Source of the DNA: Candidatus Harrisonbacteria bacterium
Lineage (GTDB): Bacteria > Patescibacteriota > Minisyncoccia > UBA6257 > 02-FULL-45-10c
DNA: 64,000 nucleotides
Direction: 5' to 3'
Assembly: GCA_016214655.1 (NCBI GenBank)
Contig: JACROC010000006.1
Span: 21,377-85,376 of the forward strand
A program made the position numbers and the translations under genes. The notes beneath the pieces were generated by a model. That model had not been told where the DNA came from. It saw only the letters and a list, made by a program, of their open reading frames with translations, and searched no databases. Position 1 is the first letter of the stretch; each line of letters opens with the position of its first letter. Below are positions 1 through 11,550 of the stretch, in pieces.

Positions 1-797
1 AATCAGTTTCTATTGTCTATGATTTTCCTTATAAACATTTGCCGCCGCGCGACTTGAAAGATCGGCTTCGCCGGATTGTGATCGGCTGGTATCACGGATT
101 TTCATTGCGCCGGGCCGGTGCGATTGTGGCGATATCCCATTCAACTAAAGACGAAATAATAAAATTTTTTAATATCAATCCCGGAAAAATCAAAGTCATC
201 TATCACGGTTTTAAAAGCATCTGCGTATTACCGGAGCAAAAATTGGATTTGCCGGATAAATTCTTTTTTTTCGCCGGCACTCTTAAGGAACGGAAAAACG
301 TGCTGAATATAGTCCGCGCTTATAATCTGTTTCGGAAGGCGCGGCCGGATATTGGAATGAAATTGGTTTTGAGCGGAAAAAGCGAGGGCACATATTATGA
401 AGCGCTGAAAAAATATGTTGCGCAGGAGGGTTTGGCGGAAGATGTCGTATTTTCCGGTTATCTTAATGACGGGCAGTTATCGTATGTTTATAAAAAGGCC
501 AGTGCGCTGGTGTTTCCGAGTATTATTGAAGGATCCGGAAACCCGATTTTGGAGGCAATGGACTGCGGATTGCCGGTGATCACTTCCAATATCTTTGGTC
601 CGGCTGAATTGGGAAGCGGCGGATCGGCGCTTTTAGTTGATCCATATAGCGTGGAAGAATTGGCAAGTGCCATGCAAAAAGTGGCAATGGATAAGAAGGT
701 AAGAGAATTTTTGATTGAAAAAGGACGGCGGCAAATAAAGAAATTTTCCTGGGATACGGCAGTGAGAGAGCTCCTTTCGGTAATTAAATCTTTATAG
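1..797 (+). CDS. Glycosyltransferase family 4 (5' end probably outside the window)
   Basis: GT-B C-terminal motifs GTLKERKN and FPSIIEGSGNPILEAM; the N-terminus looks truncated. Confidence 0.9.
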   Translation, partial: SVSIVYDFPYKHLPPRDLKDRLRRIVIGWYHGFSLRRAGAIVAISHSTKDEIIKFFNINPGKIKVIYHGFKSICVLPEQKLDLPDKFFFFAGTLKERKNVLNIVRAYNLFRKARPDIGMKLVLSGKSEGTYYEALKKYVAQEGLAEDVVFSGYLNDGQLSYVYKKASALVFPSIIEGSGNPILEAMDCGLPVITSNIFGPAELGSGGSALLVDPYSVEELASAMQKVAMDKKVREFLIEKGRRQIKKFSWDTAVRELLSVIKSL

Positions 798-803
798 CGT
801 AGA

Positions 804-1940
804 ATGTATTTTTATTATCGCATACGAAATTGGATTTTTATCTCGCTTAGCATAATTTTATCCCCGGTCATTTTTCTTATTATTCGGTGGCGGGCTCGCA
901 GAAAAAGCGGCAGCCAATTCCCGAGAATTCTTGTGATTCCGCAGTTTACCCGAATCGGCGATGTGGTGTGCGCGACACCGGTGTTCCGGGCGATCAAGAA
1001 GCAATACCCAGAAAGTTTTATCGCGGTAGTGGTGCATAAAAAAGCCGCCGGCATTTTGAAAAATAATCCGCATATCGATGAGGTTATATTATATGGGTAT
1101 GCAAATTTTTTGGACGCGATCCGCCGAATCAGATTCCTTCAATTAAATTGGAGTTTTTGCTTATCCGGAAGTTCCATCGGGAATTTGATGGCATGGTGGG
1201 GAATGATTCCAAATCGTGTTAAATTAACCCGCTCAGGCAGGCCGGTTTCGGAATGGCTGACAGATTGGTTGAATAATTATCAATTTTTTTATGCGCACCA
1301 TACCTATTTGCCTGGCCATTACTTAAAGATGCTTTCGGTATTAGGCATTTCTAATCCGGAAGAGGTAAAAGAAGTTTTTGTTGCTCCAGAAGGGGAGAAA
1401 AAAATCGGACAATTTTTAAAGATTCATCAGATAAGCGAATTTGATATGTTGGTGGGAATGAGTATTACTGCGGGTAATAAAATCAAAGAATGGGGCGACG
1501 GCAAATTCATAGAGCTAGCAAAAAGAATTGTTGCAAAATATACCGCAAAGATTGTTTTTATTGGTGGAAAGAATGATAATGCACGCATTGCATCCTTATT
1601 GGAGAATCTGCCCAAAGTAAGTTATTTCAAGGCGACCGATTTTTCGCTGGAGGAATTGCCTTCTTTGATAAAGCACCTCAAATTATATATTGCAGTGGAT
1701 ACGGGCCCAATATATGTTGCGCATGCACTAAAAACGCCGTTGATTGATATCGTCGGGCCCGTAGATCCTCGGGAACAGCCGCCCCATGATGAGCGCAGTT
1801 TGTTGGTATTGCCGTCAGATGGCATCAATCCGTCAAGCTTTGTATTTAAAAAAGCGGGAGAGGAGGTAAATTATAAGGCAGCTATCGATTCCATTTCAGT
1901 AGAAAGGGTGATGGAAGCAGTAGAAAAATTGATTTCTTAA
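804..1940 (+). CDS. Glycosyltransferase family 9 (heptosyltransferase-like)
   Basis: RIGDVV and DTGPIYVAHAL motifs typical of GT9. Confidence 0.85.
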   Translation: MYFYYRIRNWIFISLSIILSPVIFLIIRWRARRKSGSQFPRILVIPQFTRIGDVVCATPVFRAIKKQYPESFIAVVVHKKAAGILKNNPHIDEVILYGYANFLDAIRRIRFLQLNWSFCLSGSSIGNLMAWWGMIPNRVKLTRSGRPVSEWLTDWLNNYQFFYAHHTYLPGHYLKMLSVLGISNPEEVKEVFVAPEGEKKIGQFLKIHQISEFDMLVGMSITAGNKIKEWGDGKFIELAKRIVAKYTAKIVFIGGKNDNARIASLLENLPKVSYFKATDFSLEELPSLIKHLKLYIAVDTGPIYVAHALKTPLIDIVGPVDPREQPPHDERSLLVLPSDGINPSSFVFKKAGEEVNYKAAIDSISVERVMEAVEKLIS

Positions 1941-3004
1941 TGAGAGTTTGTTTTTTAACTCATAATTTGAGATCGGATAATGGCGCGGGAGTTTTTTCTC
2001 TCCGGCTTATTCGGAGCATGCAGGATGCTTTGAGATGTAAAGTGGTGGCATTGACGGCGGTTCCCGATAAAATCAGGTTCTGGAGCGCATTTTTCCAATT
2101 ACGAAAGATTTTGAAAGGATGCGACATTATTCATGCGCTGGATGCCTATCCTTACGGCGTTATGGCAACATTAGCTGCCCTAGGATTAGGAAAGAAAATA
2201 ATCATTACTGCGGTAGGAACCGGCTCAATTAATCCGCTCTATAGGATTCCGTATTCGTGGTTATTGAAATATGTATATCGGCGGGCATATAAAATTACCG
2301 CGATCAGCCATTTTACCAAAAATGAAATATTAAAAAAAGTACCGGATATTCAAATTGAAGTAATTAATCACGGAGTTGATCTTGAAAAGTTTCAAAAAAA
2401 TATTGATACGCGTAAATGCGTCAATGCAGACCAATATAAGCCATATATATTGAGCGTGGGTTCGCTCCGCTGGCGGAAAGGATATCATCTGAGCATTCCG
2501 GCTTTTGCGCGGGTCGCGGCTGAATTCCCAAATTTGAAATACATTATTGTCGGAAAAAAATATGCGGCGGATTATTACCAAAGATTGCAAAAACTCATTT
2601 CCGATTATAAGCTGGAGGACAAGGTATTTTTACTTGATTCTGTAGATAATTTTGACGATCTTTTGTGTTTGTATCGGGGCGCAGAATTATTCTGCCTTTT
2701 ATCGCAAAATGCAAGGCATGATGTTGAGGGATTTGGCCTGGTATTTTTGGAAGCGGCAGCCGCTGGCCTTCCGGTAATCGGCAGTAAAGGCGGGGGCATT
2801 GAGGACGCCGTATTGGAGAATAAAAATGGATTTTTGGTGCCAGAACAAGACGAAGATGTGTTTGCGGGCGCGGTCATTAAGATTTTGAAAAATAAGGATT
2901 TGCGAAATGGGATGGTTAAGGAATCGCTTTCATTGGCCGAATCATCCCGATGGGACAAAAGATTGGATGAATATGCTGCTATTTATAAATCTATAATTCA
3001 TTAA
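1940..3004 (+). CDS. Glycosyltransferase family 4
   Basis: EGFGLVFLEAAAAGLPVI motif; RKG motif. Confidence 0.9.
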   Translation: MRVCFLTHNLRSDNGAGVFSLRLIRSMQDALRCKVVALTAVPDKIRFWSAFFQLRKILKGCDIIHALDAYPYGVMATLAALGLGKKIIITAVGTGSINPLYRIPYSWLLKYVYRRAYKITAISHFTKNEILKKVPDIQIEVINHGVDLEKFQKNIDTRKCVNADQYKPYILSVGSLRWRKGYHLSIPAFARVAAEFPNLKYIIVGKKYAADYYQRLQKLISDYKLEDKVFLLDSVDNFDDLLCLYRGAELFCLLSQNARHDVEGFGLVFLEAAAAGLPVIGSKGGGIEDAVLENKNGFLVPEQDEDVFAGAVIKILKNKDLRNGMVKESLSLAESSRWDKRLDEYAAIYKSIIH

Positions 3005-3047
3005 ATAAAGTTACGAAAATCTCCTTATTTTGGTTATACTCAATAAC

Positions 3048-4052
3048 ATGGCGCAAAAAAAGAAAGCATTGATTACCGGCATTACCGGACAAGACGGCTC
3101 TTATATGGCTGATTTTTTGCTGGCAAAGGGATATGAAGTGCATGGATTGGTAAGGCGCTCCTCAAGTTTTAATACCGGAAGAATTGATCATTTGTATGGC
3201 GGGACAGTGCAGGAGACGAAGGATTTTTTTATGCACTACGGCGATCTTACCGATACGAATTCACTGATTCATATTATTGATAAATGCCGTCCGGATGAGG
3301 TGTATCATTTTGGCGCTCAGAGCCACGTGCGCATCAGTTTTGATATTCCGGAATCTACTGCGCAAATTACCGGCGTATCTACCCTCAAGCTTCTGGAAGC
3401 GCTTCGTATTGTAAGTCCGAAAACAAAATTTTATCAGGCATCTTCTAGCGAAATGTTCGGTAAAGCAAGAGAGATACCCCAGAAAGAGACAACCCCGTTT
3501 TATCCCCGCAGTCCGTACGGCATTGCGAAAGTTTTTGCATACTGGACCGCAGTGAATTACCGGGAAGCGTACGGAATGTTTGCTTGCAACGGAATTCTGT
3601 TTAACCATGAATCGCCGCGCCGCGGTGAGAATTTCGTAACGCGGAAGATTACCACTGGTATTGCGAAAATTTTAGCCGGCAAACAAAAGAAAATTTATTT
3701 GGGAAATCTTGATGCCAAAAGGGATTGGGGATATGCCCCCGAATATATGGATGCTGCCTGGCGCATGCTTCAGCAGCCGGAGCCCGACGATTATGTTATC
3801 GCAACCGGTGAAACGCATACAGTGCGGGAATTTGTGGAGGAAGCGTTCCGTGTAGCGGGTATTGCGGATTGGAAGAATTATATTGAAGTTGATCCTAGAT
3901 ATTATCGTCCTGCGGAAGTTGATGTGCTGATTGGCGACGCCACTAAAGCAAAGCAGAAATTGGGATGGGAGCCGAAAGTAAAATTCAAGGAATTAGCGGA
4001 AATCATGGTGAAAGCTGATTGTAAAAAGCAAGGTATTGAGCTGAAGTCATGA
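3048..4052 (+). CDS. gmd: GDP-mannose 4,6-dehydratase
   Basis: [28 protein letters not shown] and [10 protein letters not shown]; ATG at 3048 preferred over the upstream TTG. Confidence 0.97.
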   Translation: MAQKKKALITGITGQDGSYMADFLLAKGYEVHGLVRRSSSFNTGRIDHLYGGTVQETKDFFMHYGDLTDTNSLIHIIDKCRPDEVYHFGAQSHVRISFDIPESTAQITGVSTLKLLEALRIVSPKTKFYQASSSEMFGKAREIPQKETTPFYPRSPYGIAKVFAYWTAVNYREAYGMFACNGILFNHESPRRGENFVTRKITTGIAKILAGKQKKIYLGNLDAKRDWGYAPEYMDAAWRMLQQPEPDDYVIATGETHTVREFVEEAFRVAGIADWKNYIEVDPRYYRPAEVDVLIGDATKAKQKLGWEPKVKFKELAEIMVKADCKKQGIELKS

Positions 4053-5251
4053 GAAAGATCGGATATCAAATCGGCGTTGGGTGCGCTGATATCAGTAAAA
4101 AAGAAAAAGAATATGTAAAAGACGTGTTGGAGCACGAGCGTCTTTCCTACGGGCCTTACACAAAGAAATTTGAAGAAGAATTCGCAAGAGCTCATGGGTG
4201 CAGATATGCCATTTTTTTGAATAGCGGCACTAGCGCGCTTCGGATTGCGGTAGCCGCTTTGAAAGAGATTGAGGGCTGGAAAGATGGGGATGAGGTATTG
4301 TGCCCCGCAGTTACCTTTGTTGCTTCTTCAAATGTGATTATTATGAACGGCTTAAAGCCGGTGTTTGTGGACGTTGATCCGCGGACATACAATATTGATC
4401 CGCGAAAGATTGAAGAGGAAATTACCAAGAAGACCCGTGCGATTATGGCGGTTAATTTGTTTGGACAGCCGGCGGATATGGATCCGATCTTAAAGATTGC
4501 TAAAAAACACAAGCTGAAAATTATTGAGGATTCCTGCGAAACAATGTTTGTGAAATACAAAGGTAGGCCGGCGGGTTCTTTCGGAGATATCAGCTGTTTT
4601 TCAACATATGTTGCGCATTTATTGGTAACTGGAGTAGGCGGATTTTCCTGCACGAGCAATCCAAAATACGCGGAAGTGATGAAGAGTTTGGCGAATCACG
4701 GCCGGGACGGGATTTATCTGCATATTGATGACGATAAAAATTTGAACAAACAGGGTCTATTTCAGGTAGTGTCCCGGCGATTCCATTTTATCCGCCTTGG
4801 TTATAGTTTTAGGGCGACCGAAATGGAAGCAGCTCTGGGTATAGGTCAGATGGAGCGGAAGGACCAGATTTTAGGGGCAAGGAAAAAGAATGCGGCGTAT
4901 TTGCTGAAAAAATTAAAGCCGCTTGCACAATATCTCCAGCTCCCGTGGCATCCCGGGCGGGTGGAACATTCATTTATGATGTTTCCGATTGTGGTGAAGC
5001 GGGGCGTTGGTATAAAAAAGCAAGACCTGGTGATGTACTTGGAAGAGCATAATGTGGAGACGCGCGACATGCTCCCGCTTTTAAGCCAGCCGGTGTATAA
5101 AAAATTATTCGGCGATATTGAAAACCAATATCCGGTGGCGAAATGGGTAAATGGTAATGGATTTTATATTGGCTGTCATCAAAAACTGACCAAGAAAGAA
5201 ATGGATTATATGGTTGCCGTTTTTGAAGATTTCTTTAAAAAACGAGTATGA
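4049..5251 (+). CDS. DegT/DnrJ/EryC1/StrS family PLP-dependent sugar aminotransferase or dehydratase
   Basis: NSGTSAL, IEDSCE and [16 protein letters not shown]; His appears at the usual Lys position, as in ColD/E1-type enzymes. Confidence 0.85.
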   Translation: MRKIGYQIGVGCADISKKEKEYVKDVLEHERLSYGPYTKKFEEEFARAHGCRYAIFLNSGTSALRIAVAALKEIEGWKDGDEVLCPAVTFVASSNVIIMNGLKPVFVDVDPRTYNIDPRKIEEEITKKTRAIMAVNLFGQPADMDPILKIAKKHKLKIIEDSCETMFVKYKGRPAGSFGDISCFSTYVAHLLVTGVGGFSCTSNPKYAEVMKSLANHGRDGIYLHIDDDKNLNKQGLFQVVSRRFHFIRLGYSFRATEMEAALGIGQMERKDQILGARKKNAAYLLKKLKPLAQYLQLPWHPGRVEHSFMMFPIVVKRGVGIKKQDLVMYLEEHNVETRDMLPLLSQPVYKKLFGDIENQYPVAKWVNGNGFYIGCHQKLTKKEMDYMVAVFEDFFKKRV

Positions 5252-6474
5252 ACATTAAGAAAATTGCTGTCATTCTTCGCCGCCTGAATGTACGCGGCGG
5301 TACCCAGCGCCAGGCGCTTTCTTTGGCGCGTGAGTTGCAAAAGCGCGGCCATACCATCAAGCTCTATACGTTTCTTTATGACGCCGATCGTTCCTATGGG
5401 GATATGCTGAAGAATTTTGAGGTTGTTTCGCTGAATAAAGGCACCGGACCATCTTGGTTAAAATCAGTTCCATTAGTGCGGCATTTTTTGCAATTAGTGA
5501 ATGAAAATAAACTTGCAAAGGAGCTTGCGATGATGATGGATGACGATTTTGACTTACTCAATCCTCACGATCAGGTTAGTTATAAAGTTGCATTTTATTA
5601 CAAAAAATATAAAAGAAATGTTCCATCGGTGTGGCATATGAATGATTTGCCGCTTTTATGCTGGGCCTACGACCGCTTAATGGGTGCAGATGAGGCATTC
5701 CGTCAGTCGCTGGTAAAGCGGTTTCTGTATTATATTGCCGATCAATATGAAATCCGGAAATTCCTGCGGCATCAAGACGCGATTATTGTGGTAGATAGTT
5801 TTAATGTGGATCTTGTAAAAAAATATATGAATCTCGAAGCGATAACCGTGCGGAGCGGCCCAGATACGGAGCATTTCACTTTTACCAAAAGAACGCCGCC
5901 ATCAAAAAATATTAAAATTCTTACCAGCGGCATTTTGATGCCGCACCGGCGGTATCAGGATACTATCCGAGCGGTAAAGATGTTATTGGATGAAGGATGT
6001 GCTCCGACGCTGACCATTCTCGGAGATTATGAAAATGATAAGAAATACCATCAACTGCTTATTAATCTGGTAAATGAATTAGGGATTCAGAATAATGTAA
6101 AATTTTTGGGCAGAGTATCTGAAAAAGATTTATTGCGGGCTTATGCGGAGCACGATATCTACGTATTTCAGCACCATCTTCAGTCTGATGGATTGTCTCC
6201 GTTTGAGGCGGCAGTCTCTGGTTTGCCGATCCTGGTGTCGCGTACCGCCGGATGCCATGAAATGCTTACTGATCACGAGAACGCGCTCATTATAGAACCA
6301 AAAAATCCCGCAGATATTGCGGGATGCGTGAAGGAATTAGCTGATAATTCTGATTTATATATGAAATTGAGCAAGAACGGCGCAGAGTTTGTGTGTGAAA
6401 ATTTTTCTTGGGCGAAATATGCCGATGGGGTATTGCGAGTTTTTGAAAATGCAGCTAAAAGTTACAAGGAATAA
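5248..6474 (+). CDS. Glycosyltransferase family 4
   Basis: N-terminal RGGTQRQ and C-terminal GLSPFEAAVSGLP. Confidence 0.85.
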   Translation: MNIKKIAVILRRLNVRGGTQRQALSLARELQKRGHTIKLYTFLYDADRSYGDMLKNFEVVSLNKGTGPSWLKSVPLVRHFLQLVNENKLAKELAMMMDDDFDLLNPHDQVSYKVAFYYKKYKRNVPSVWHMNDLPLLCWAYDRLMGADEAFRQSLVKRFLYYIADQYEIRKFLRHQDAIIVVDSFNVDLVKKYMNLEAITVRSGPDTEHFTFTKRTPPSKNIKILTSGILMPHRRYQDTIRAVKMLLDEGCAPTLTILGDYENDKKYHQLLINLVNELGIQNNVKFLGRVSEKDLLRAYAEHDIYVFQHHLQSDGLSPFEAAVSGLPILVSRTAGCHEMLTDHENALIIEPKNPADIAGCVKELADNSDLYMKLSKNGAEFVCENFSWAKYADGVLRVFENAAKSYKE

Positions 6475-7352
6475 TATTTTTCCAGATATTTTTGCAAGGA
6501 AACTCGCCAATGAGGAAGTTTTGGTAATTTGGTATTCAGAAGTACGTTAGACGGCGCGCGCGGCACTTTAAAGAATTTGTCTTGATTAACGAAAGTAAGA
6601 CGGAATTTTTCCATTGGGATTTTAAGGTGGTTGGCGATTAATTTTAGTACGTCCAAAGTCGTTGCCTCTCCGGCATTAACTTCATTTACAAGGTGAAATA
6701 TCCCGCTTGCATAATTTCCGCCCAACAAATTGTTTAGTCCTTCGGCGAAGTCATGCGTCCAGGTGGGCGAACGCCATTGGTCTTGGATGACAGACAATTC
6801 GTTTTTTTCTTTAAGATCGTTTATAAATCGATCCACGAATGTTTGTCTTCCTCGTCCATAGAGCCACCCGGTCCGGACGATAAACCATTTTAGGAATGTC
6901 TCCGGATGGGCTGACGCAATCTCTTGTATTAAATCCTCCGCTTCTTTTTTCGCTTTTTGGTATGCGCTTATCGGCTGGCGATCGTCATTCTCTTTATATC
7001 CTTCAACTTTACAATTTTGAAAAGTTCCGCCGAATACTTCGGAAGTGCTGATCTGGACTACTATCGTCGGTTTTTTGAGCTCGATTAATGCCTCAAGGAT
7101 ATTTTTAATTCCGTCACGATTTACCGCATAGCATTTGGCTGGATTTTGTTCGCAAAAATTAATATTCAGAATAGCCGCGCAGTTGATAACGATATCGGGA
7201 CGATGCGTTTCAAGCTGGGCGTGGATGCTTTCCGGATCGGCGATTTCAATATCCTGGTGAGTGAGCTGGATCACTTCAAATTGAGATTTTAGGTGACCCG
7301 ACAATTCTTTTCCCAAAAGCCCACCCGCTCCCGTAATTAAGATCCTTTTCAT
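6462..7352 (-). CDS. RmlD-like NDP-4-keto-6-deoxysugar reductase
   Basis: ILITGAGGLLG, INCAA, ISTSEVF, YxxxK and DQWRSPT. Confidence 0.85.
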   Translation of the reverse strand: MKRILITGAGGLLGKELSGHLKSQFEVIQLTHQDIEIADPESIHAQLETHRPDIVINCAAILNINFCEQNPAKCYAVNRDGIKNILEALIELKKPTIVVQISTSEVFGGTFQNCKVEGYKENDDRQPISAYQKAKKEAEDLIQEIASAHPETFLKWFIVRTGWLYGRGRQTFVDRFINDLKEKNELSVIQDQWRSPTWTHDFAEGLNNLLGGNYASGIFHLVNEVNAGEATTLDVLKLIANHLKIPMEKFRLTFVNQDKFFKVPRAPSNVLLNTKLPKLPHWRVSLQKYLEKYYSL

Positions 7353-7421
7353 ATGTTTCCTTTTTAATGTTTCTAAGGTTATACTTTACGCTAACCTATA
7401 CGCAAATTCAAGGCAATTTAT

Positions 7422-8804
7422 ATGAAAAAAACTTTATTTTTTTCCGCTTATTCAACCATGGGATTCAGAAATTTTTTGGTGATTCCTAATGGCGTGGCTG
7501 CGCGGCTGGCGCAAAATAAAAACTTGGAATTAGTTTTCTTGATTCCGAGAGGATCCAATCTCGGCGCCTTGATTAAAAAATATAACCTTGGCCCGAATGT
7601 AATTGTTGAAGAGGTGGATACGAAAATGCAGAAATTTTCGCTTATTCAAAAAGCATTTTATTTTTTTTATTCCTATCTTATTTTTACCGGCACGACTCGC
7701 CTGCTTGCGACATTCGGGGCGCGGGCTGACGCGCCTCCGGCCGGAGGTAATAGATACGCCGCGCCTCTTAAAAGCTTGATTTCCAAAACATTCGGAAGAT
7801 CCCGGCGGATTAAAACCGTTTTTGTTCCGTGGGCGTATAAGAAGCTTTTTTTCAGGAAAGAACTTGCCGATCTTTTTGAAAAGTATCACCCAGATTTGGT
7901 ATTTTTATCCGGCATCGCCGCCTTTGAGGACGAGGAATTATTGGCGGAAGCGCAGCGTAGAAGGGTGAAGACGATTGGCATGCCTACAAACTGGGATCAC
8001 CTTAATAAGTATTATATTCCGGTTCATGCGGACTTTTTGCTGATCCAGAATGAGCCGATGAAAAAAGAGGCGATGGAATATCATGGTTATCGCGAAGATC
8101 AGATTGTGATGGTAGGTTTTCCGCAATTTGATTTTTATGTAATCGGAAAGGAATATATTAAGCCGCGTGCGGAGGTGTTTAAAAAATACGGGTTTGACCC
8201 GGATTCAAAACTCATCTTATTTATTTCCGGAAGCGTTTATGCTTTGGACGAACAGGATATTTTAAGGGCTATTTATGATCGGGCCTGGCGCGGAGAATTT
8301 GGATATCCGGTTAGCGTGATGGTGCGCCCATATCCAAATCGCGCCGACATCGTCAAATATAAGCACTTGGAGGGCTTGCCGGGAATTGCATTTTTTTGGG
8401 AAAATACTTCAACTAATTTTGAAAATATTATTGAATTTACAAATATCCTACGCCATGCCGATGCGGTTATTTCCGTATTTTCCACGACGGCGATTGAAGC
8501 TGCGATATTTGATAAGCCAACTATTACTATAGGATTTGACGGCTATAGTAAGCGGCCGATGCACCAATCTTTGGCGCGCATGGAGAAGCTTTCGCATTTT
8601 AAACACGTACTGGACACCGGGAGCGTGAAAGTTGCGCGAAGTTTTGAGGAATTATTCGCCCAACTAGGCCAATACTTGAAGTCGCCGGAAACTGATCGGG
8701 AACAGCGTAAACTGTTAATCGAAAAAATGTGTTACAAAATGGACGGCAATTCCACGCAGCGGATTGTTGAGTTTATTAATGCGCAACTAAGCGATGCAAA
8801 ATAG
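7422..8804 (+). CDS. TagB/TagF-like (CDP-glycerol glycerophosphotransferase family) GT-B transferase, paralog 1
   Basis: NWDH, GFPQFD, VRPYP and STTAIEAAIFDKP motifs shared with four paralogs. Confidence 0.7.
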   Translation: MKKTLFFSAYSTMGFRNFLVIPNGVAARLAQNKNLELVFLIPRGSNLGALIKKYNLGPNVIVEEVDTKMQKFSLIQKAFYFFYSYLIFTGTTRLLATFGARADAPPAGGNRYAAPLKSLISKTFGRSRRIKTVFVPWAYKKLFFRKELADLFEKYHPDLVFLSGIAAFEDEELLAEAQRRRVKTIGMPTNWDHLNKYYIPVHADFLLIQNEPMKKEAMEYHGYREDQIVMVGFPQFDFYVIGKEYIKPRAEVFKKYGFDPDSKLILFISGSVYALDEQDILRAIYDRAWRGEFGYPVSVMVRPYPNRADIVKYKHLEGLPGIAFFWENTSTNFENIIEFTNILRHADAVISVFSTTAIEAAIFDKPTITIGFDGYSKRPMHQSLARMEKLSHFKHVLDTGSVKVARSFEELFAQLGQYLKSPETDREQRKLLIEKMCYKMDGNSTQRIVEFINAQLSDAK

Positions 8805-10170
8805 GCCGGCTTCTTTTACTAAGAAATTTATCAGCGGCGAGATGTACTTCGGATTTTGGGGCATGATTTCCAAGGTATTAGGTTTGGGCAACACTTTTTT
8901 GACCGTCTCCTCATTAACGGTTTATCAGTATGGAGTATTGCAATTGATTCTTGCCACCTATGCGGCGTTCGCTGATCTGATGCTGATCGGCAGTCCGGTA
9001 GTCAGCAATGAGATTTTCCGTTTAGTCGGATCGGGAAAAGAGGAAAAAGCAAAACGCCTTTTTTTTGAATATAATAAGCTTTACGTATTAATCGCAATAT
9101 TTTTTTGGGGCTTATTCTTTTTTGGCGCGCCGGTTCTTTCATTCAGATATGGTCCGGATTTCATTCAATTCGCCAAGATTATTTCATTTTTATTTTTATT
9201 TGAGGTCTTCTTGGCTGCAGCGAAATTATTGCTTAAATTGAGGTTGAAGTTTAAAGTTGTCGCCAGCCGGTCTTCAATTGCTAAATTTGTCCAATTTTCT
9301 ATATTAAGCTATTTCTTTTTCTTTTCGCACCTTGGTTTGAGAGAGGTTTTGTTGTCTTTGGTAATTGCCATGTTTATCTCTCTTTTATCTTTAGTTCCGG
9401 CCGCAATAAAAGCTTATCGTCCATGGGTCGGTAGGGCCGCCTTAAACGAAAGGATTCTTTTGGGGATATTTTTTGCGCATGGTAAGTGGGATATATTAAG
9501 ATCTTTATTCTCAAGATTAACCTCAAGAATTGAGCCGTGGATACTCAAATTATTTGTCGGTACGGAAGCCGTTGCCATTTTTTCCGTGGCTAACACGATT
9601 GTTGGAACAATAAAAGACTATTTCCCGAATAATACGATAAATTCTCTCGCCGCCTTGGCCGTAGAAGATAAAGCCAGGTCCCAAAGAATTTTTTCTTATG
9701 GAATGAAATATATGTTTTTACTTTCAATCGCGGTATCTATTGCGGCGCTAATTGCGGTTCCTCCCTTTATTAGATTATTTTTTGCGAAATATAGCGCTTC
9801 TTTGCCGCTTTTCTACATCCTATTGTTTAATTTGCCGATGGGAATGCTGGCATTTATGCCGTCTATTTATTTACAAATTCTGAAGAAACAGAAGTTTTTA
9901 CTCTATCAAGGAGTCATAAGATCTATCATAGAAATTCCGTTAGTATTGATTCTGGTTATTCTATTTGGATTGTGGGGGTTAGTTGCAAAGGAAATATTAA
10001 TAAAGCTGATCATGTTCCCGATCACCCTCTGGTATTTTTTGAGATATCAAAATCTGGTATCCATAAAATGGGGCGAGTTATTTTCATTTACCGGAAACGA
10101 TAGAATATTCTTGGCGAATATGTATTCTAATTTTACTTCTTTGATTAAAATGAAATTGAATATAAAATGA
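8794..10170 (+). CDS. Polysaccharide flippase (Wzx-like)
   Basis: About 12 hydrophobic segments, 458 aa, glycan-locus context. Confidence 0.7.
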   Translation: MQNRPASFTKKFISGEMYFGFWGMISKVLGLGNTFLTVSSLTVYQYGVLQLILATYAAFADLMLIGSPVVSNEIFRLVGSGKEEKAKRLFFEYNKLYVLIAIFFWGLFFFGAPVLSFRYGPDFIQFAKIISFLFLFEVFLAAAKLLLKLRLKFKVVASRSSIAKFVQFSILSYFFFFSHLGLREVLLSLVIAMFISLLSLVPAAIKAYRPWVGRAALNERILLGIFFAHGKWDILRSLFSRLTSRIEPWILKLFVGTEAVAIFSVANTIVGTIKDYFPNNTINSLAALAVEDKARSQRIFSYGMKYMFLLSIAVSIAALIAVPPFIRLFFAKYSASLPLFYILLFNLPMGMLAFMPSIYLQILKKQKFLLYQGVIRSIIEIPLVLILVILFGLWGLVAKEILIKLIMFPITLWYFLRYQNLVSIKWGELFSFTGNDRIFLANMYSNFTSLIKMKLNIK

Positions 10171-10178
10171 ACTGATAT

Positions 10179-11531
10179 ATGAAAACTATATTTTTATTCA
10201 TACCGAATTACGTCTACTCCTCTGATTTTTTATGTACCGGATTTATAAGATGCCTGGTTTCCAGATTCCGGGTCGTTATTTTCGCGCCCGAGGTGATTTT
10301 GGAGAGCAATAAATTGCGGCTTCAATCGCCGAACCTGGTTTGTATAAAGTGGGAAACACAATATCCGCGATTTTGGAATTTATTCGGAAGATATTTGCGG
10401 TATTCTCTTATCAGGAAATATGATTTTGAACCGGTGATTCAGCGGAACCGCAAAAAAGGAATGAAGGATTGGCGGAGAAAAATATTGCGGTTTTTTTCGT
10501 ATGCGTTTCCGGCGGCGTGGCTGACGCCGGATCTTTTTTTTAAATTGGAAATTTTACTGGCCCCCAAATCCAAATTATTTTCAGAATACGCGGAAAAGTA
10601 TCAGCCGGCCATTGTTGTTACTCCTACTCCGGGATTTACTCATTTTGACGCCGAAGCGATTGTGCTGGCGAAAAAATCGCATCTTCCCACCGCTGCCATC
10701 GATTTTAGCTGGGACAACCTGCATAATGGCGGCCCGCATTTTAGAAGAGTCGATTATCTGATTGTTTGGAATAAAATTATTAAAAATACTGCCGTCAGGG
10801 AATACGGATATCCGGAAAACCGCGTTTTTGTTTCAGGAATAATGAGATTTGACCATTACTTTAAAAAACAGCCCGGCGAATTGTCCAGGGAAGAATTTCT
10901 TAAAAGTAAAAATTTAGACCCGAAGGAAAAGTTAATACTTATTACTACGGTCACTAAGGGCAATTATCCCAACGAGCATTTATTATTAAAAGATTTATTG
11001 GAAGCCAGAGAGAAAAATGTTTTTAACGGTTTCCCGAATATTCTGGTCAGAATGCACCCTAAAGAAGAAGTGAAAAATTTTACCGCTTTTCTGGATGCGG
11101 GAATCAGGGGTTTATGCGTTGAAAAAGCCGGTAAAGAAAAAGCAGTGGAATTGGGCAGTAATATTGAAATGGATGAGGAGGACCTGTTAAATCTCAAGCA
11201 TACTTTGGAATATTGCGATCTGAACATCAATTACTTATCCACTATTACCCTAGAAGCTTTTGTTTTTGACAGGCCGGTTATTAATATCAACTATCCGCCG
11301 GAATATCATTTGGGCTATACCTTCAGCCATTATAAGCCGTTGATTGAAATGAAATCTGTCCGGCTGGCATATAGTTTTGAAGAGCTGATTAACGATATCA
11401 ATATTTATTTTAAAAATCCCAATCTGGAACATCGGGAACGGCAGGCGGCTTTTGAGAAATATATCAAGTTTTCCGACGGCCTTAGCTACAAGAGGAGCGT
11501 TGATTTTTTGCATTCCATATTATATAAATAA
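10179..11531 (+). CDS. TagB/TagF-like transferase, paralog 2
   Basis: SWDNL, GIMRFD, RMHP and STITLEAFVFDRP. Confidence 0.7.
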   Translation: MKTIFLFIPNYVYSSDFLCTGFIRCLVSRFRVVIFAPEVILESNKLRLQSPNLVCIKWETQYPRFWNLFGRYLRYSLIRKYDFEPVIQRNRKKGMKDWRRKILRFFSYAFPAAWLTPDLFFKLEILLAPKSKLFSEYAEKYQPAIVVTPTPGFTHFDAEAIVLAKKSHLPTAAIDFSWDNLHNGGPHFRRVDYLIVWNKIIKNTAVREYGYPENRVFVSGIMRFDHYFKKQPGELSREEFLKSKNLDPKEKLILITTVTKGNYPNEHLLLKDLLEAREKNVFNGFPNILVRMHPKEEVKNFTAFLDAGIRGLCVEKAGKEKAVELGSNIEMDEEDLLNLKHTLEYCDLNINYLSTITLEAFVFDRPVININYPPEYHLGYTFSHYKPLIEMKSVRLAYSFEELINDINIYFKNPNLEHRERQAAFEKYIKFSDGLSYKRSVDFLHSILYK

Positions 11532-11550
11532 CCAAGTGTTTAAGCGGTTT

